Shown here in pieces: positions 27,280 through 36,138 of a DNA stretch of 57,818 bases. The translations under genes were made by a program, and so were the position numbers. The notes beneath the pieces were generated by a model. That model had not been told where the DNA came from and ran no database searches. It was given only the letters and a program-made list of their open reading frames with translations. Origin of the DNA: Candidatus Omnitrophota bacterium (lineage in GTDB: Bacteria > Omnitrophota > Gorgyraeia > Gorgyraeales > Gorgyraeaceae); NCBI GenBank assembly GCA_042570105.1, contig JBHPHW010000003.1:1-57818 (forward strand). The letters are read 5' to 3'. The first letter of the stretch is position 1. Each line of letters starts with the position of its first letter.

Positions 27280-28815
27280 CTACTCTAACTCTTTAGAAAA
27301 GTATCCTCCTGTCAAGGCATCTAAATCTGCAGTGAGTTCTTGTATCCGTAACTCTTTTTCTATTCTTTCAGTTATGTCCGCAGGGGGCGATAGATACGAT
27401 TCCAATTGTAGCCTTCGGCGCTCAAAGTATGTCCTTGTTATCTCATCCAGGATATCATCCCGGAGCTGCACCATTAGCCTTGACCTTGTATCTATACTAG
27501 TCTGATCATCATTCCAAACTAATTCCCCGAGGTTCCATGTCATCGTAACATCCCACGTGATGACATCATCGCCTCTCTGCAATACATCAGGATTTTGACC
27601 TGCATCCCAATGGTAAAGGTCAGTAGCATATCTATCCAAACCAACAGAAACACTTGGGAGCAGGGCCTTTTTGTTAGCAGCATCCCTCCATTCCTTTATC
27701 TTATCAGGGTGGACTTCTGCATACTCAATAGCCTCTCTTTGCACATCTCTAATGTTTGGCTCATGGTCAAATATCTCCATAACATCCTCTTTTTCATCCC
27801 TATCTTCTAAAAAGTCCTGGCCGGCGGCAAAAAAGAAACCTTTATCCAATTTAGATCTATACAAACCTCTGTCTGTCGCAACCCATATATTCCCTTCAAG
27901 ATCTCCGGATAAAGAGTGCGTGACTCTCGTATCCATGCCTTTATATAAGGCGCGCCACTTCCTGTCTCTCTCTAAAAAAACAAAAATTCCATCATCTGTC
28001 AGAGCGTATAATTCATCCTTAAATAAAAGACGATTCGTTCGTAAAGAAACAAGCCCATTTTGAATAAAGTTTTTCCATGTATTGCCTTTATCTTCGCTCA
28101 TCAATATTCCGGCATCACTTGCCAGAAATACACGCTTTTCCTTAACCAGCATACTATTAACCGGCCTAGACACGCTAAACGTCTCATCTAGCGCATCGCT
28201 ATCGTAGCCTGTTTCTTCTCTGGAAGTTATAAAGACTCTAGTCCAATTAGAATCTACGCCTTTATACACGCCTCTATCTGTCGCAAGAAAAATCTCGTCT
28301 CCTAAAAAACTAATCCATTTTACACTAATATTGCCCGCTTCGCCAGAATCCTTCCCCCACGTTAGTCCATTGTCGATGCTGATGAAAAATCCTCCTTTTG
28401 TCCCAAGATATATCTTGCCATCCTTTGAAAATGCTATGTGTGATGCATTACTTTCTTTTGTGCCTACGCCTTTAAAGATCCTCATCCACCTGGATTTACC
28501 ATCTAGGCTCTTAAATACGCCCTTTTCTGTACAGACAAAAACGCTCTCTCCTGAAACTTTAACAAAATTAATGGCGTTAGAATCTCCTTTTACAGAGAAC
28601 ACGTTTCTCCATGCATTACCATCATCTTCTGTCCGGTATAATCTCTTTGCGCTAGCCGCATAGACAATCCCTTTTTTATGCGCGTCGACTGCAACCTCTT
28701 TTATATACGCTTCTTTGATCCCGGCTACCGGCCTCCAAACATCATCAGAAAAACTGGGATCATTAAAACAAAAAACAGAAATAAAAAATGTCACAAGAAA
28801 AATAAAACTTTTCAT
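27280..28815 (-). CDS. exported protein: BNR/Ycf48-like beta-propeller plus C-terminal TolC/OEP-like helical-beta module
   Basis: Signal peptide; repeated S/TxDxGxxW and ATDRGxY blades; C-terminal EPNIRDVQREAIEYA..LLPSVSV..WNL..YFERRRLQ..LDALTGGYF. Confidence 0.7.
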   Translation of the reverse strand: MKSFIFLVTFFISVFCFNDPSFSDDVWRPVAGIKEAYIKEVAVDAHKKGIVYAASAKRLYRTEDDGNAWRNVFSVKGDSNAINFVKVSGESVFVCTEKGVFKSLDGKSRWMRIFKGVGTKESNASHIAFSKDGKIYLGTKGGFFISIDNGLTWGKDSGEAGNISVKWISFLGDEIFLATDRGVYKGVDSNWTRVFITSREETGYDSDALDETFSVSRPVNSMLVKEKRVFLASDAGILMSEDKGNTWKNFIQNGLVSLRTNRLLFKDELYALTDDGIFVFLERDRKWRALYKGMDTRVTHSLSGDLEGNIWVATDRGLYRSKLDKGFFFAAGQDFLEDRDEKEDVMEIFDHEPNIRDVQREAIEYAEVHPDKIKEWRDAANKKALLPSVSVGLDRYATDLYHWDAGQNPDVLQRGDDVITWDVTMTWNLGELVWNDDQTSIDTRSRLMVQLRDDILDEITRTYFERRRLQLESYLSPPADITERIEKELRIQELTADLDALTGGYFSKELE

Positions 28816-29058
28816 AAACTACCTCCTCAGTAGGCATTCGGGTTAGTTGCATGTTCAAGGCACGGCTTTGAACATGCGATCGAACATGGCGATTTGATAT
28901 ATAGATACACGAGGCTATGGATTTCTTTTAAAAATTTGAAGAAAAAATAAGAGCAAGAGTAGCAGTAGGGGTTCTTTAAAGGGTCTTTATAAATTCAAGC
29001 ATTTTTCACGAACATATGCATTCACAATAATTTAAATATATTTATAAAGTATTGTAAA

Positions 29059-29087
29059 AATATAACATAAAAGCATCTTCTTGTCAA
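29059..29087 (-). promoter_or_regulatory. sigma70-type promoter upstream of the beta-propeller gene
   Basis: Minus strand TTGACA-17 nt-TATATT with TG extended -10. Confidence 0.6.
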
Positions 29088-29106
29088 TGGAAATTTTATG
29101 CTCTGG

Positions 29107-29221
29107 GTAATCGGTGAGTTAATGGAGTATAGTAGCGCATAATGGAGCAATGTGAACGAATTGAAAATTTAGCCTTTTATGTACCATTATATTATTTAAC
29201 CCCTCTTGACTCACCAATTAC
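29107..29221. repeat. imperfect long inverted repeat just after the GT2 stop
   Basis: gtaatcggtgagttaa / ttgactcaccaattac outer arms plus an inner imperfect stem. Confidence 0.55.
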
Positions 29222-29225
29222 TGTT

Positions 29226-30056
29226 CTACGGTAGGCTTTTTTGATATTTTTGAGGCAGTTCGAGGTAGGATCTCCCTTCTTCTACTCTTCCATGTTTTAT
29301 ACAGCCGTTTCCATATACCCGGCATTTTTTCTGAAGTTCTCGAACTGCACATTTTTTCTGTTCCCGATCGAGCATGTTACTCTCTAAGACATTTAAGATC
29401 GAGTGTATCCTATATTTATCCATGCCTGTTTTATAAATATACGATAATTGATCCTCTCGACCACCGTCTTTTAAGGTCAAACCCTTATCTACGAGGAGAA
29501 ATGGATATTTTATGCTTGAGCGCAACCAAAAATCATAATCTTCACAACATACTAACTTCTCGTCAAATAGGCCCGTTCTATCAAAGAGTTCTCTTCGGAC
29601 AATCACTGTGGACATACTTACAACGCATAATGGTAAACATCTATCAAATATATATCCATGAAACTTTTTATGTTTTTTCTTCTGATTTAATAATGCCCCA
29701 TTTTTATACCATACCTCCTCGGTATGCGAAATAAGATAAGATGGATTTTGTTGCATCTCATTTATTTGTACATCAAGCTTTTCCCTATCCCACCAATCGT
29801 CTGAGTCAAGGAACGCTATAAATGAGTTTTTGGATTCTTTTATCCCCAGATTACGTGCAGCGCCAGGCCCTTTATTTTCCTGTTTTATATATTTGACCCT
29901 GCCTGAAAAATAGGTTACTACATCGGGTGTGTCATCCCAAGAACCATCATCGACAACAACTATTTCAAACCCTTTATATGTCTGGGATAAAACGGATTCG
30001 ATGGCCTTTTTTAGAAATGGGGCGCGGTTAAAGGTCGGGATTATAACGCTGATCAT
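29226..30056 (-). CDS. glycosyltransferase family 2
   Basis: ISVIIPTFNR, VVDDGS, ARNLG, FLDSDD, EDYDFWLR. Confidence 0.93.
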   Translation of the reverse strand: MISVIIPTFNRAPFLKKAIESVLSQTYKGFEIVVVDDGSWDDTPDVVTYFSGRVKYIKQENKGPGAARNLGIKESKNSFIAFLDSDDWWDREKLDVQINEMQQNPSYLISHTEEVWYKNGALLNQKKKHKKFHGYIFDRCLPLCVVSMSTVIVRRELFDRTGLFDEKLVCCEDYDFWLRSSIKYPFLLVDKGLTLKDGGREDQLSYIYKTGMDKYRIHSILNVLESNMLDREQKKCAVRELQKKCRVYGNGCIKHGRVEEGRSYLELPQKYQKSLP

Positions 30057-30165
30057 CCAGCTTTTTGTTTTTGGTCTTTGTGCGCAGTATATCTCTATGC
30101 GACTTCTTCTTCTCGCGCAACAATCTTGATATATCCTTCTGCCTGCGAGTAATCCTCTGTTTCAT
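30028..30165 (-). CDS. possible small basic hypothetical protein (45 aa)
   Basis: ATG right after the pseudopilin stop, fills the gap to GT2; K/R-rich; no homology recognised. Confidence 0.3.
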   Translation of the reverse strand: MKQRITRRQKDISRLLREKKKSHRDILRTKTKNKKLDDQRYNPDL

Positions 30166-30166
30166 A

Positions 30167-30643
30167 TTAATCAATGCTGATCTTACCGGTGCTTCCAAGA
30201 ATACTAACGGTCCTGGATTTATCACGTTGGTCAGTAATTGTTATAGAGCCGCTGGCCCCTTCTATTGCGCCGGTTGGATAAAATATAACTTTATCGTCTT
30301 CAAAATCTATTGCCTCAGACTCTTCCTCGCCCGGAACCCTAAATTTTATCGAAACAGGAAGCCTTCGTTTTCTATCGAAAATCCGCCCTTCGGAATCTTC
30401 TATCCAGTATTCACCTTTTTCTATATCGAACACAACTGTGTGTTTTTCTCTATATGTAATGGCATTGCTCCTTGCAACGCGCAATGTCCCTAAAATAGCC
30501 CTACTAGCGGTCTTTAGTCTGAGGCCTTTGCCAAATCCGGTAGTAAAAGGAATGGTTATCCCTAAGAGCATCGCGATAATGCCTAGCACTACAAGCATCT
30601 CAATAAGGGTAAAGGCCCGTCTCCTACCAATTGCAAATATCAT
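30167..30643 (-). CDS. minor pseudopilin (GspH/FimT-like)
   Basis: Type IV prepilin motif RRRA-FTLIEMLVVLGI; ARSNAI; start uncertain, ATG 30643 chosen. Confidence 0.82.
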   Translation of the reverse strand: MIFAIGRRRAFTLIEMLVVLGIIAMLLGITIPFTTGFGKGLRLKTASRAILGTLRVARSNAITYREKHTVVFDIEKGEYWIEDSEGRIFDRKRRLPVSIKFRVPGEEESEAIDFEDDKVIFYPTGAIEGASGSITITDQRDKSRTVSILGSTGKISID

Positions 30644-31058
30644 CTCTTCCTGTTCCATCACCTTTTCCATCAGGCCCTGGTGAATATAGATCATAGGCAT
30701 ACTCATTATGGACTCCGGGATTTACATAAATAATGGCATTGCCCCATGCATCTAGGTATTCTCCGTTTTTACTTAGCTCTTTTTCCCGGATCTTCATGTA
30801 AGGGCCATTCCAATCACCCTCACCCGGGTCTTCTTTAAGAAGGACTACAAGATTCTCATTGCCAGACTCAGGATAGATGCCCATATCTGACTCATACATG
30901 CTTATAGCAGTCTCAATAGTCACGATCTGGGCCCTTGTCTTTGTGATAGCGCCTCTTTTTCTTGCCTGCTGAGCGCCACCAACCACCATTCCAGCCAATA
31001 TGGTGATAATCGCTATGACAACCAAAAGCTCAATAAGAGTAAAACCATGTTTTTGCAT
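30624..31058 (-). CDS. gspG: major pseudopilin GspG-like
   Basis: G-FTLIELLVVIAI, WNGPY, DAWGN..Y..PG, YDLYSPGPDG..DDI. Confidence 0.85.
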   Translation of the reverse strand: MQKHGFTLIELLVVIAIITILAGMVVGGAQQARKRGAITKTRAQIVTIETAISMYESDMGIYPESGNENLVVLLKEDPGEGDWNGPYMKIREKELSKNGEYLDAWGNAIIYVNPGVHNEYAYDLYSPGPDGKGDGTGRDDICNW

Positions 31059-31116
31059 ATCCTCACCTCATTATAAGTTACTTCCGCGCCGAGGGCTTGG
31101 CCCCGGCGATCTAAAG

Positions 31117-32826
31117 CTATGCGTACTCCTTTGTCTCTTTCAGCACCTCTTCAACGGTAGTCAACCCTTCGATGATCTTAACCATCCCGTCTTCGCGCAA
31201 GGTCTTCATACCTGTATCTCGCGCCCTTTTCCTTATTGCCGAGGAGCTGGCTCGTTTAACCACCAGCTCTCTTACCCCCTCATCCATAACCAATAACTCG
31301 TATATGCCTGTTCGCCCCTTATAGCCTGACCCGCTGCACTCTGAACAGCCCTCGCCTTTATAGAACTTAGAGTCCTTTAATTTGTCTCTGGAGATCCCTA
31401 ATTCTGAAAGTTCTTTTCTTTGCACCTCGTAAGATTTTTTGCATTTCCCGCAGATCATCCTCACAAGCCTCTGTGCGATTACTGCCCTAATAGTAGAACT
31501 TATCAGGAATGGCTCCACCCCCATATCCACAAGCCTTGTAACAGCGCTCGGCGCATCATTAGTATGCAATGTACTAAAAACAAGGTGGCCTGTAAGGGCA
31601 GACTGGATCGCTATCTCTGCTGTCTCAGAGTCCCTTATCTCACCTACCATTAAGACATCAGGATCCTGCCTCAACATATGCCGTAATGTCTTTGCAAAGG
31701 TAAGGTCTATCTTTGGGTTTATTGCTACTTGAATAATACCTTCGATGTCGTACTCAACGGGGTCTTCGGCTGTTATGATCTTATATTCTATTTTGTTTAT
31801 CTCGCGTAAACACGAATAGAGCGTAGTAGTCTTGCCGCTGCCTGTGGGCCCAGTGGTCAATAGGATCCCATTCGGCCTTTGTACGACCTTTCTGAGTTTA
31901 GTTTTGAAGGAATCACTCATGCCAAGCTGATCCAAAGACAGGCTCACCACACTTTTATCAAGGACCCTCATGACAATACTCTCGCCATAAAGAGTCGGGA
32001 GCGTCGAGACTCGAAGATCAACGCCCTTGCCGCCAATATCCATCATGATCCTTCCGTCTTGGGGGAGCCTGTTTTCTGCAACATCCAAATTTGCCATGAC
32101 CTTTATTCTGGAACTAATCGCAAGGCTCAAGTCCTTTGGCGGATGCGCAGCGTCATAACATATGCCATCTATCCTATACCGTATATTATAATCATTTTCA
32201 AATGGCTCAAAGTGTATATCTGAGGCCTTCTCTCTTATTGCCCTTAGAAGCACCATATTTAATAGCTTCACAACAGGCGCCTGCGAAGCGATCTCCTTCA
32301 GCTTATCTACGCCCTCTTTCCCTAAAGCAATAGATTCACCAGACACCTTCTTTGCCTCATCTATCACATCACCAAGAGATTCCTCTTCTTCGCCGTAATA
32401 ACGTTCCTGCGCCTTCTTTATATCATCTCCTTTTGCTACGACCATTTTGATGTCAGATCCTGTCACAAAACGCAATTCATCGGCAAGTTTTATATTCAGA
32501 GGGTCGGAAACAGCTACGATTACAGTGTCTCTATCGATCCTCAACGGCACGACATTATAAAACTTTGCTGTACTTGCTGATATCTTATTGATGGCGTTCC
32601 GTTCTATGCTCACCTTCGAAAGATCCACTACTTCTATACTCAGCCAACTGGCAACAGTATTCAATAAGGCATCCTCTTTTATATATCCGTGATCGACGAG
32701 GATCTTGAAGATATTTTTTCCGGTCTTTTTTCCCTCTTCGAGAGCTTCATCGATGACATGCTGGGTCAACAGCTTCTCATCTACCAGTTTTTTCAACAAC
32801 AAATTGTACTTAGACTCTCTAGACAT
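31117..32826 (-). CDS. type II/IV secretion ATPase GspE/PilB
   Basis: ASDIHFEP, LPQDGR, TGPTGSGKTTTLY, RQDPD, STLHTND, CxxC..CxxC Zn motif. Confidence 0.94.
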   Translation of the reverse strand: MSRESKYNLLLKKLVDEKLLTQHVIDEALEEGKKTGKNIFKILVDHGYIKEDALLNTVASWLSIEVVDLSKVSIERNAINKISASTAKFYNVVPLRIDRDTVIVAVSDPLNIKLADELRFVTGSDIKMVVAKGDDIKKAQERYYGEEEESLGDVIDEAKKVSGESIALGKEGVDKLKEIASQAPVVKLLNMVLLRAIREKASDIHFEPFENDYNIRYRIDGICYDAAHPPKDLSLAISSRIKVMANLDVAENRLPQDGRIMMDIGGKGVDLRVSTLPTLYGESIVMRVLDKSVVSLSLDQLGMSDSFKTKLRKVVQRPNGILLTTGPTGSGKTTTLYSCLREINKIEYKIITAEDPVEYDIEGIIQVAINPKIDLTFAKTLRHMLRQDPDVLMVGEIRDSETAEIAIQSALTGHLVFSTLHTNDAPSAVTRLVDMGVEPFLISSTIRAVIAQRLVRMICGKCKKSYEVQRKELSELGISRDKLKDSKFYKGEGCSECSGSGYKGRTGIYELLVMDEGVRELVVKRASSSAIRKRARDTGMKTLREDGMVKIIEGLTTVEEVLKETKEYA

Positions 32827-34480
32827 CCTGGGTCACCCTTATTGCCTCCTGAATCGTCGTATATCCTCTTTTTACTTTTTCGAGGCCATCCTCTTTTAAT
32901 GTCCTCATACCTTTTTCTTTTGCCTTTTGATATATCTCAGAGCTCGAGACATTATTTAGGATCATTTCCCTTATCTCATCATCCATTGTAAAAAGCTCTA
33001 TTATGCCCATCCTTCCTTTAAATCCGGTGTTACTGCAATTGGAACACCCCTTGCCCCGATAAAGTTCAAGATTCCCTTCCTCATCATCTTTCAAGGAAAG
33101 TGCCTCTTTTTCTTCTTTGGACGGCTTATAACCAACTCTGCATGATGGGCATATTGTCCTAACCAACCTCTGGGCCAAAACACCTTGCACAGTAGAAGCA
33201 ACAAGATAAGGCTTAATACCCATATCAACCAATCTCGTAACAGCACTTGCCGCATCGTTTGTGTGTAAGGTACTGAAGATCAAATGGCCCGTAAGAGCGG
33301 ATTGTATTGCTATCTGCGCAGTCTCCATGTCTCTTATCTCGCCTACCATTATAATGTCTGGCGCCTGTCTAAGCATCGATCTGAGGCCGCCGGCAAATGT
33401 AAGGCCTATCTGCGGCCTCACCTGGACCTGGTTTATGCCATCTAACTGATATTCTACGGGATCCTCTATTGTAATGACCTTGCGCTCTTTCTGATTTACG
33501 TGACTAAGAGCCGCGTATAAGGTTGTGGTTTTCCCGCTTCCTGTGGGACCTGTTACCAATATCATACCATTGGGCAGATTTATCAATCTTTCAAATTCCT
33601 TTTTCTCATCTGGCAAAAACCCCAGGTCCTCGATCCCTACAAGAAAACTTGATTTGTCAAGGATCCTCATGACAACACTTTCTCCATGTATACCTGCCAG
33701 ACTTGACACCCTCAAGTCCAGCTCATTTTTATTAAGGCGTATCTTAATCCTACCGTCCTGAGGAAGGCGTTTTTCCGCTATATCCATCCCTGCCATGATC
33801 TTGATCCTGCTAATAACCGAGCCCTGTAATCTTTTGGGAGGGCCTGGTATATCATGCAGGATACCGTCTATTCTGTAACGTACTCGAAATTTATTCTCCA
33901 ATGGTTCGATGTGGATGTCGCTCGCCCTTCTTTTTACTGCGTCGTTTATTATAATATTTACTAGTTTTATCACAGGCGCATCTTCGCCGCCTTTCGTCTC
34001 TTTTATCTCTTCCGATGCTTTTTCTAAATCAAGACTTGAAGATCCTTTTGAGGCATACAACACATCCAATACACTATCCAAATCCTGACTTCGGACGAGT
34101 TCTACCTCTACAGGAAGGCCGATTATCTTTTCTAGATTCTCACCTGCAAGAAAATTCAATGGGTCATCAGTGCCTACAATGAGTTTACCGGAGGCATGCT
34201 TCAAAGGGATTATTCGGTGAGCTAATACAAGGTGTGCTGGTAAAACGTCCTGATCTTTCTTCTCGATGTCTTGAGGTTTTACAGCGAGGGGCAATATGCC
34301 TATTTGCGAAACGAGCGTTTTGCCTACGCTCTGATTTGATATGTATCCTAATCTGACAAGCACACTCGCAAGGCTCTCTTTGGTCTTGATCTGTTCTAGA
34401 AGGGCCTTATTTATTTTCTCATCATCTAAAAGGCCGATATTCTTTATGGTGGCTTTTACGATATCCTTTTTACTTACCAA
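32819..34480 (-). CDS. type II/IV secretion ATPase GspE/PilB (second paralog)
   Basis: ASDIHIEP, LPQDGR, TGPTGSGKTTTLY, STLHTND, CPSC..CSNC. Confidence 0.94.
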   Translation of the reverse strand: MVSKKDIVKATIKNIGLLDDEKINKALLEQIKTKESLASVLVRLGYISNQSVGKTLVSQIGILPLAVKPQDIEKKDQDVLPAHLVLAHRIIPLKHASGKLIVGTDDPLNFLAGENLEKIIGLPVEVELVRSQDLDSVLDVLYASKGSSSLDLEKASEEIKETKGGEDAPVIKLVNIIINDAVKRRASDIHIEPLENKFRVRYRIDGILHDIPGPPKRLQGSVISRIKIMAGMDIAEKRLPQDGRIKIRLNKNELDLRVSSLAGIHGESVVMRILDKSSFLVGIEDLGFLPDEKKEFERLINLPNGMILVTGPTGSGKTTTLYAALSHVNQKERKVITIEDPVEYQLDGINQVQVRPQIGLTFAGGLRSMLRQAPDIIMVGEIRDMETAQIAIQSALTGHLIFSTLHTNDAASAVTRLVDMGIKPYLVASTVQGVLAQRLVRTICPSCRVGYKPSKEEKEALSLKDDEEGNLELYRGKGCSNCSNTGFKGRMGIIELFTMDDEIREMILNNVSSSEIYQKAKEKGMRTLKEDGLEKVKRGYTTIQEAIRVTQDV

Positions 34481-34529
34481 TCTCTCTCCAATCAGGGACA
34501 GAGTTCCCTCGCCAATCCCAGACCTATCC

Positions 34530-35273
34530 CTACCTATTTATCAAACTCGCGAAATACCCTGCTCCAAAACCATTGTCAATGTTTACAACGCTGACTCCGG
34601 GAGAACAGCAATTCATCATAGTCAATAACGGCGCTATACCTTTAAAGCTGGAACCATAACCCACGCTCGTAGGAACCGCTATAACAGGTTTATCTGTAAT
34701 GCCGGAAACTACACTCGCTAGAGCCCCCTCCATGCCTGCTACTACAATAATGACATTTGCCCTTGAAATATCAGATAGCCTATCAAATAATCGATGTATG
34801 CCTGCTACTCCAACATCATAAATCGTCTTTACCTTGTTCCCCATGATCTCCAGAGTCAGTCTTGATTCTTCAGCAACAGGTATATCGCTGGTACCTGCGG
34901 TAAGGATCAAGACTATTTTTTTGTTTTTTAATCTAGCTTTTTTTGTATAGATGATCCTGGAGAGGGCATCGTATTTCAGCTTCGGGTGAGTTTTCTTCAG
35001 ATATGTGAATAATTTCTCGTTGGCCCGGGTAAAAAGAATACGTTCATCTCTCTTTAAAATATCATCGAGTATCTTTTTTATATGCAAAGGATTTTTACCC
35101 TCACAATAAACTACCTCCCCAAATCCTTTACGAAGCGATCTATGATGGTCTAATCGCGCAAAATTTAAATCTTTATAGGGAAGGTTTTTTAGTAACCCAT
35201 ATGCTTTTTTAGCCCCGATCCTTTTCGAGCCCACATCCTTCAATAACTTCTTTATTGATTCTTTGGAATCCAT
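34530..35273 (-). CDS. larB: nickel pincer cofactor biosynthesis protein LarB (AIR carboxylase-like)
   Basis: ARLDHHRSLRKG, AGTSDIPVAEE, DVGVAGIHRL, AGMEGAL, PTSVGYG, VNIDNGFGA. Confidence 0.92.
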   Translation of the reverse strand: MDSKESIKKLLKDVGSKRIGAKKAYGLLKNLPYKDLNFARLDHHRSLRKGFGEVVYCEGKNPLHIKKILDDILKRDERILFTRANEKLFTYLKKTHPKLKYDALSRIIYTKKARLKNKKIVLILTAGTSDIPVAEESRLTLEIMGNKVKTIYDVGVAGIHRLFDRLSDISRANVIIVVAGMEGALASVVSGITDKPVIAVPTSVGYGSSFKGIAPLLTMMNCCSPGVSVVNIDNGFGAGYFASLINR

Positions 35274-35274
35274 T

Positions 35275-35568
35275 TTATTTGAAGATGAAAAAAAGAATTA
35301 CAATAACCGCGATAAACGAAAAGATATAAAAATCATTAAAATAAAAAAAATCTTTCACCCTGTCAAGAAAGGTATTGGGATATCTTTGCCTGGATCTACT
35401 AGGGGTCTTGTGGCGGTAGAGATTTAAATCATCGACTTTAAATCTTGTGTAAACTCCTCCTATCTTGTATGAGGAGATCTTGCCTTTACCTACTATTCTT
35501 TGCAGCTCTTCCTCTTCTATCCGAAGGTAATCTGCTGCCTCTTTTGAAGTCAAAAATTTCTTCATCAT
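35275..35568 (-). CDS. excisionase/HTH_17 (MerR-like) DNA-binding protein with C-terminal TM anchor
   Basis: FLTSKEAADYLRI...GKISSYKIGG..RF; ends FYIFSFIAVIVILFFIFK. Confidence 0.8.
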   Translation of the reverse strand: MMKKFLTSKEAADYLRIEEEELQRIVGKGKISSYKIGGVYTRFKVDDLNLYRHKTPSRSRQRYPNTFLDRVKDFFYFNDFYIFSFIAVIVILFFIFK

Positions 35569-35616
35569 AAGCGAAATGCCTTGCGCAATCTAAAGGTTAG
35601 ATCTACCTTTTTGTGA

Positions 35617-36138
35617 TTATTTCGCTCCCCTCTCTTTTGCTATCCACTCATCAACCATCACCCTGTCAAAGCGCCATTCGCTTCCTTCTTTACGAGCTGG
35701 TATCTTCCCTGAGTTTGCCCAGTCCATTATATTTGAGACATCTACTTCTAAATATTTTGCCAATTCATTTACATTAAATATGCTTCCTCCCTTGCCGGGA
35801 TAGTTAAGCATCTGACACTTTCCCTGTATGACAGCGCCCGAATCTACGCCCAAAACAGGCGTTACGATGTCTCCTACGATGTGGGCGGATGAGGTGATCT
35901 TCAGTTGTCTCTGGGCAGTGATATTACCGGTAACCTTTCCGCTTACTGTTATTTCCTCACCAGTTATATCTGCGCGGACTGTTGCGTTTTCTCCTATGGT
36001 AAGACTACCTTTTGTGTCCAGTCTGCCTTCAAAACTTCCATTTATCCTCAGGTTTACAGGATCCTTAAATGCGAGAGTCCCCTGCATACTGGCATCAACA
36101 TCCAGAACCTTTGCTTCAGCCTTGTCCCTTCTAGCCAT
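35617..36138 (-). CDS. bactofilin (polymer-forming cytoskeletal domain) fused to a C-terminal HTH_17/excisionase-like domain
   Basis: Beta-helix repeats LRINGSFEGRL..LTIGENATVRADI..VSGKVTGNI..IVGDI..GAVIQGKC, then FNVNELAKYLEV...SGKIPARKEGSEWRFDR. Confidence 0.85.
   Translation of the reverse strand: MARRDKAEAKVLDVDASMQGTLAFKDPVNLRINGSFEGRLDTKGSLTIGENATVRADITGEEITVSGKVTGNITAQRQLKITSSAHIVGDIVTPVLGVDSGAVIQGKCQMLNYPGKGGSIFNVNELAKYLEVDVSNIMDWANSGKIPARKEGSEWRFDRVMVDEWIAKERGAK

Noticed and set aside
28915-28985. Leu-rich stretch FKEPLLLLLLLFFL on the minus strand resembling an attenuator leader peptide
   Set aside because: Preceded by an in-frame TAA with no start codon, and the downstream gene is unrelated to leucine
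35275-36138. Prophage or ICE excisionase interpretation of the HTH_17 genes
   Set aside because: No integrase, tRNA/att site, phage genes or evident compositional shift; flanked by core genes
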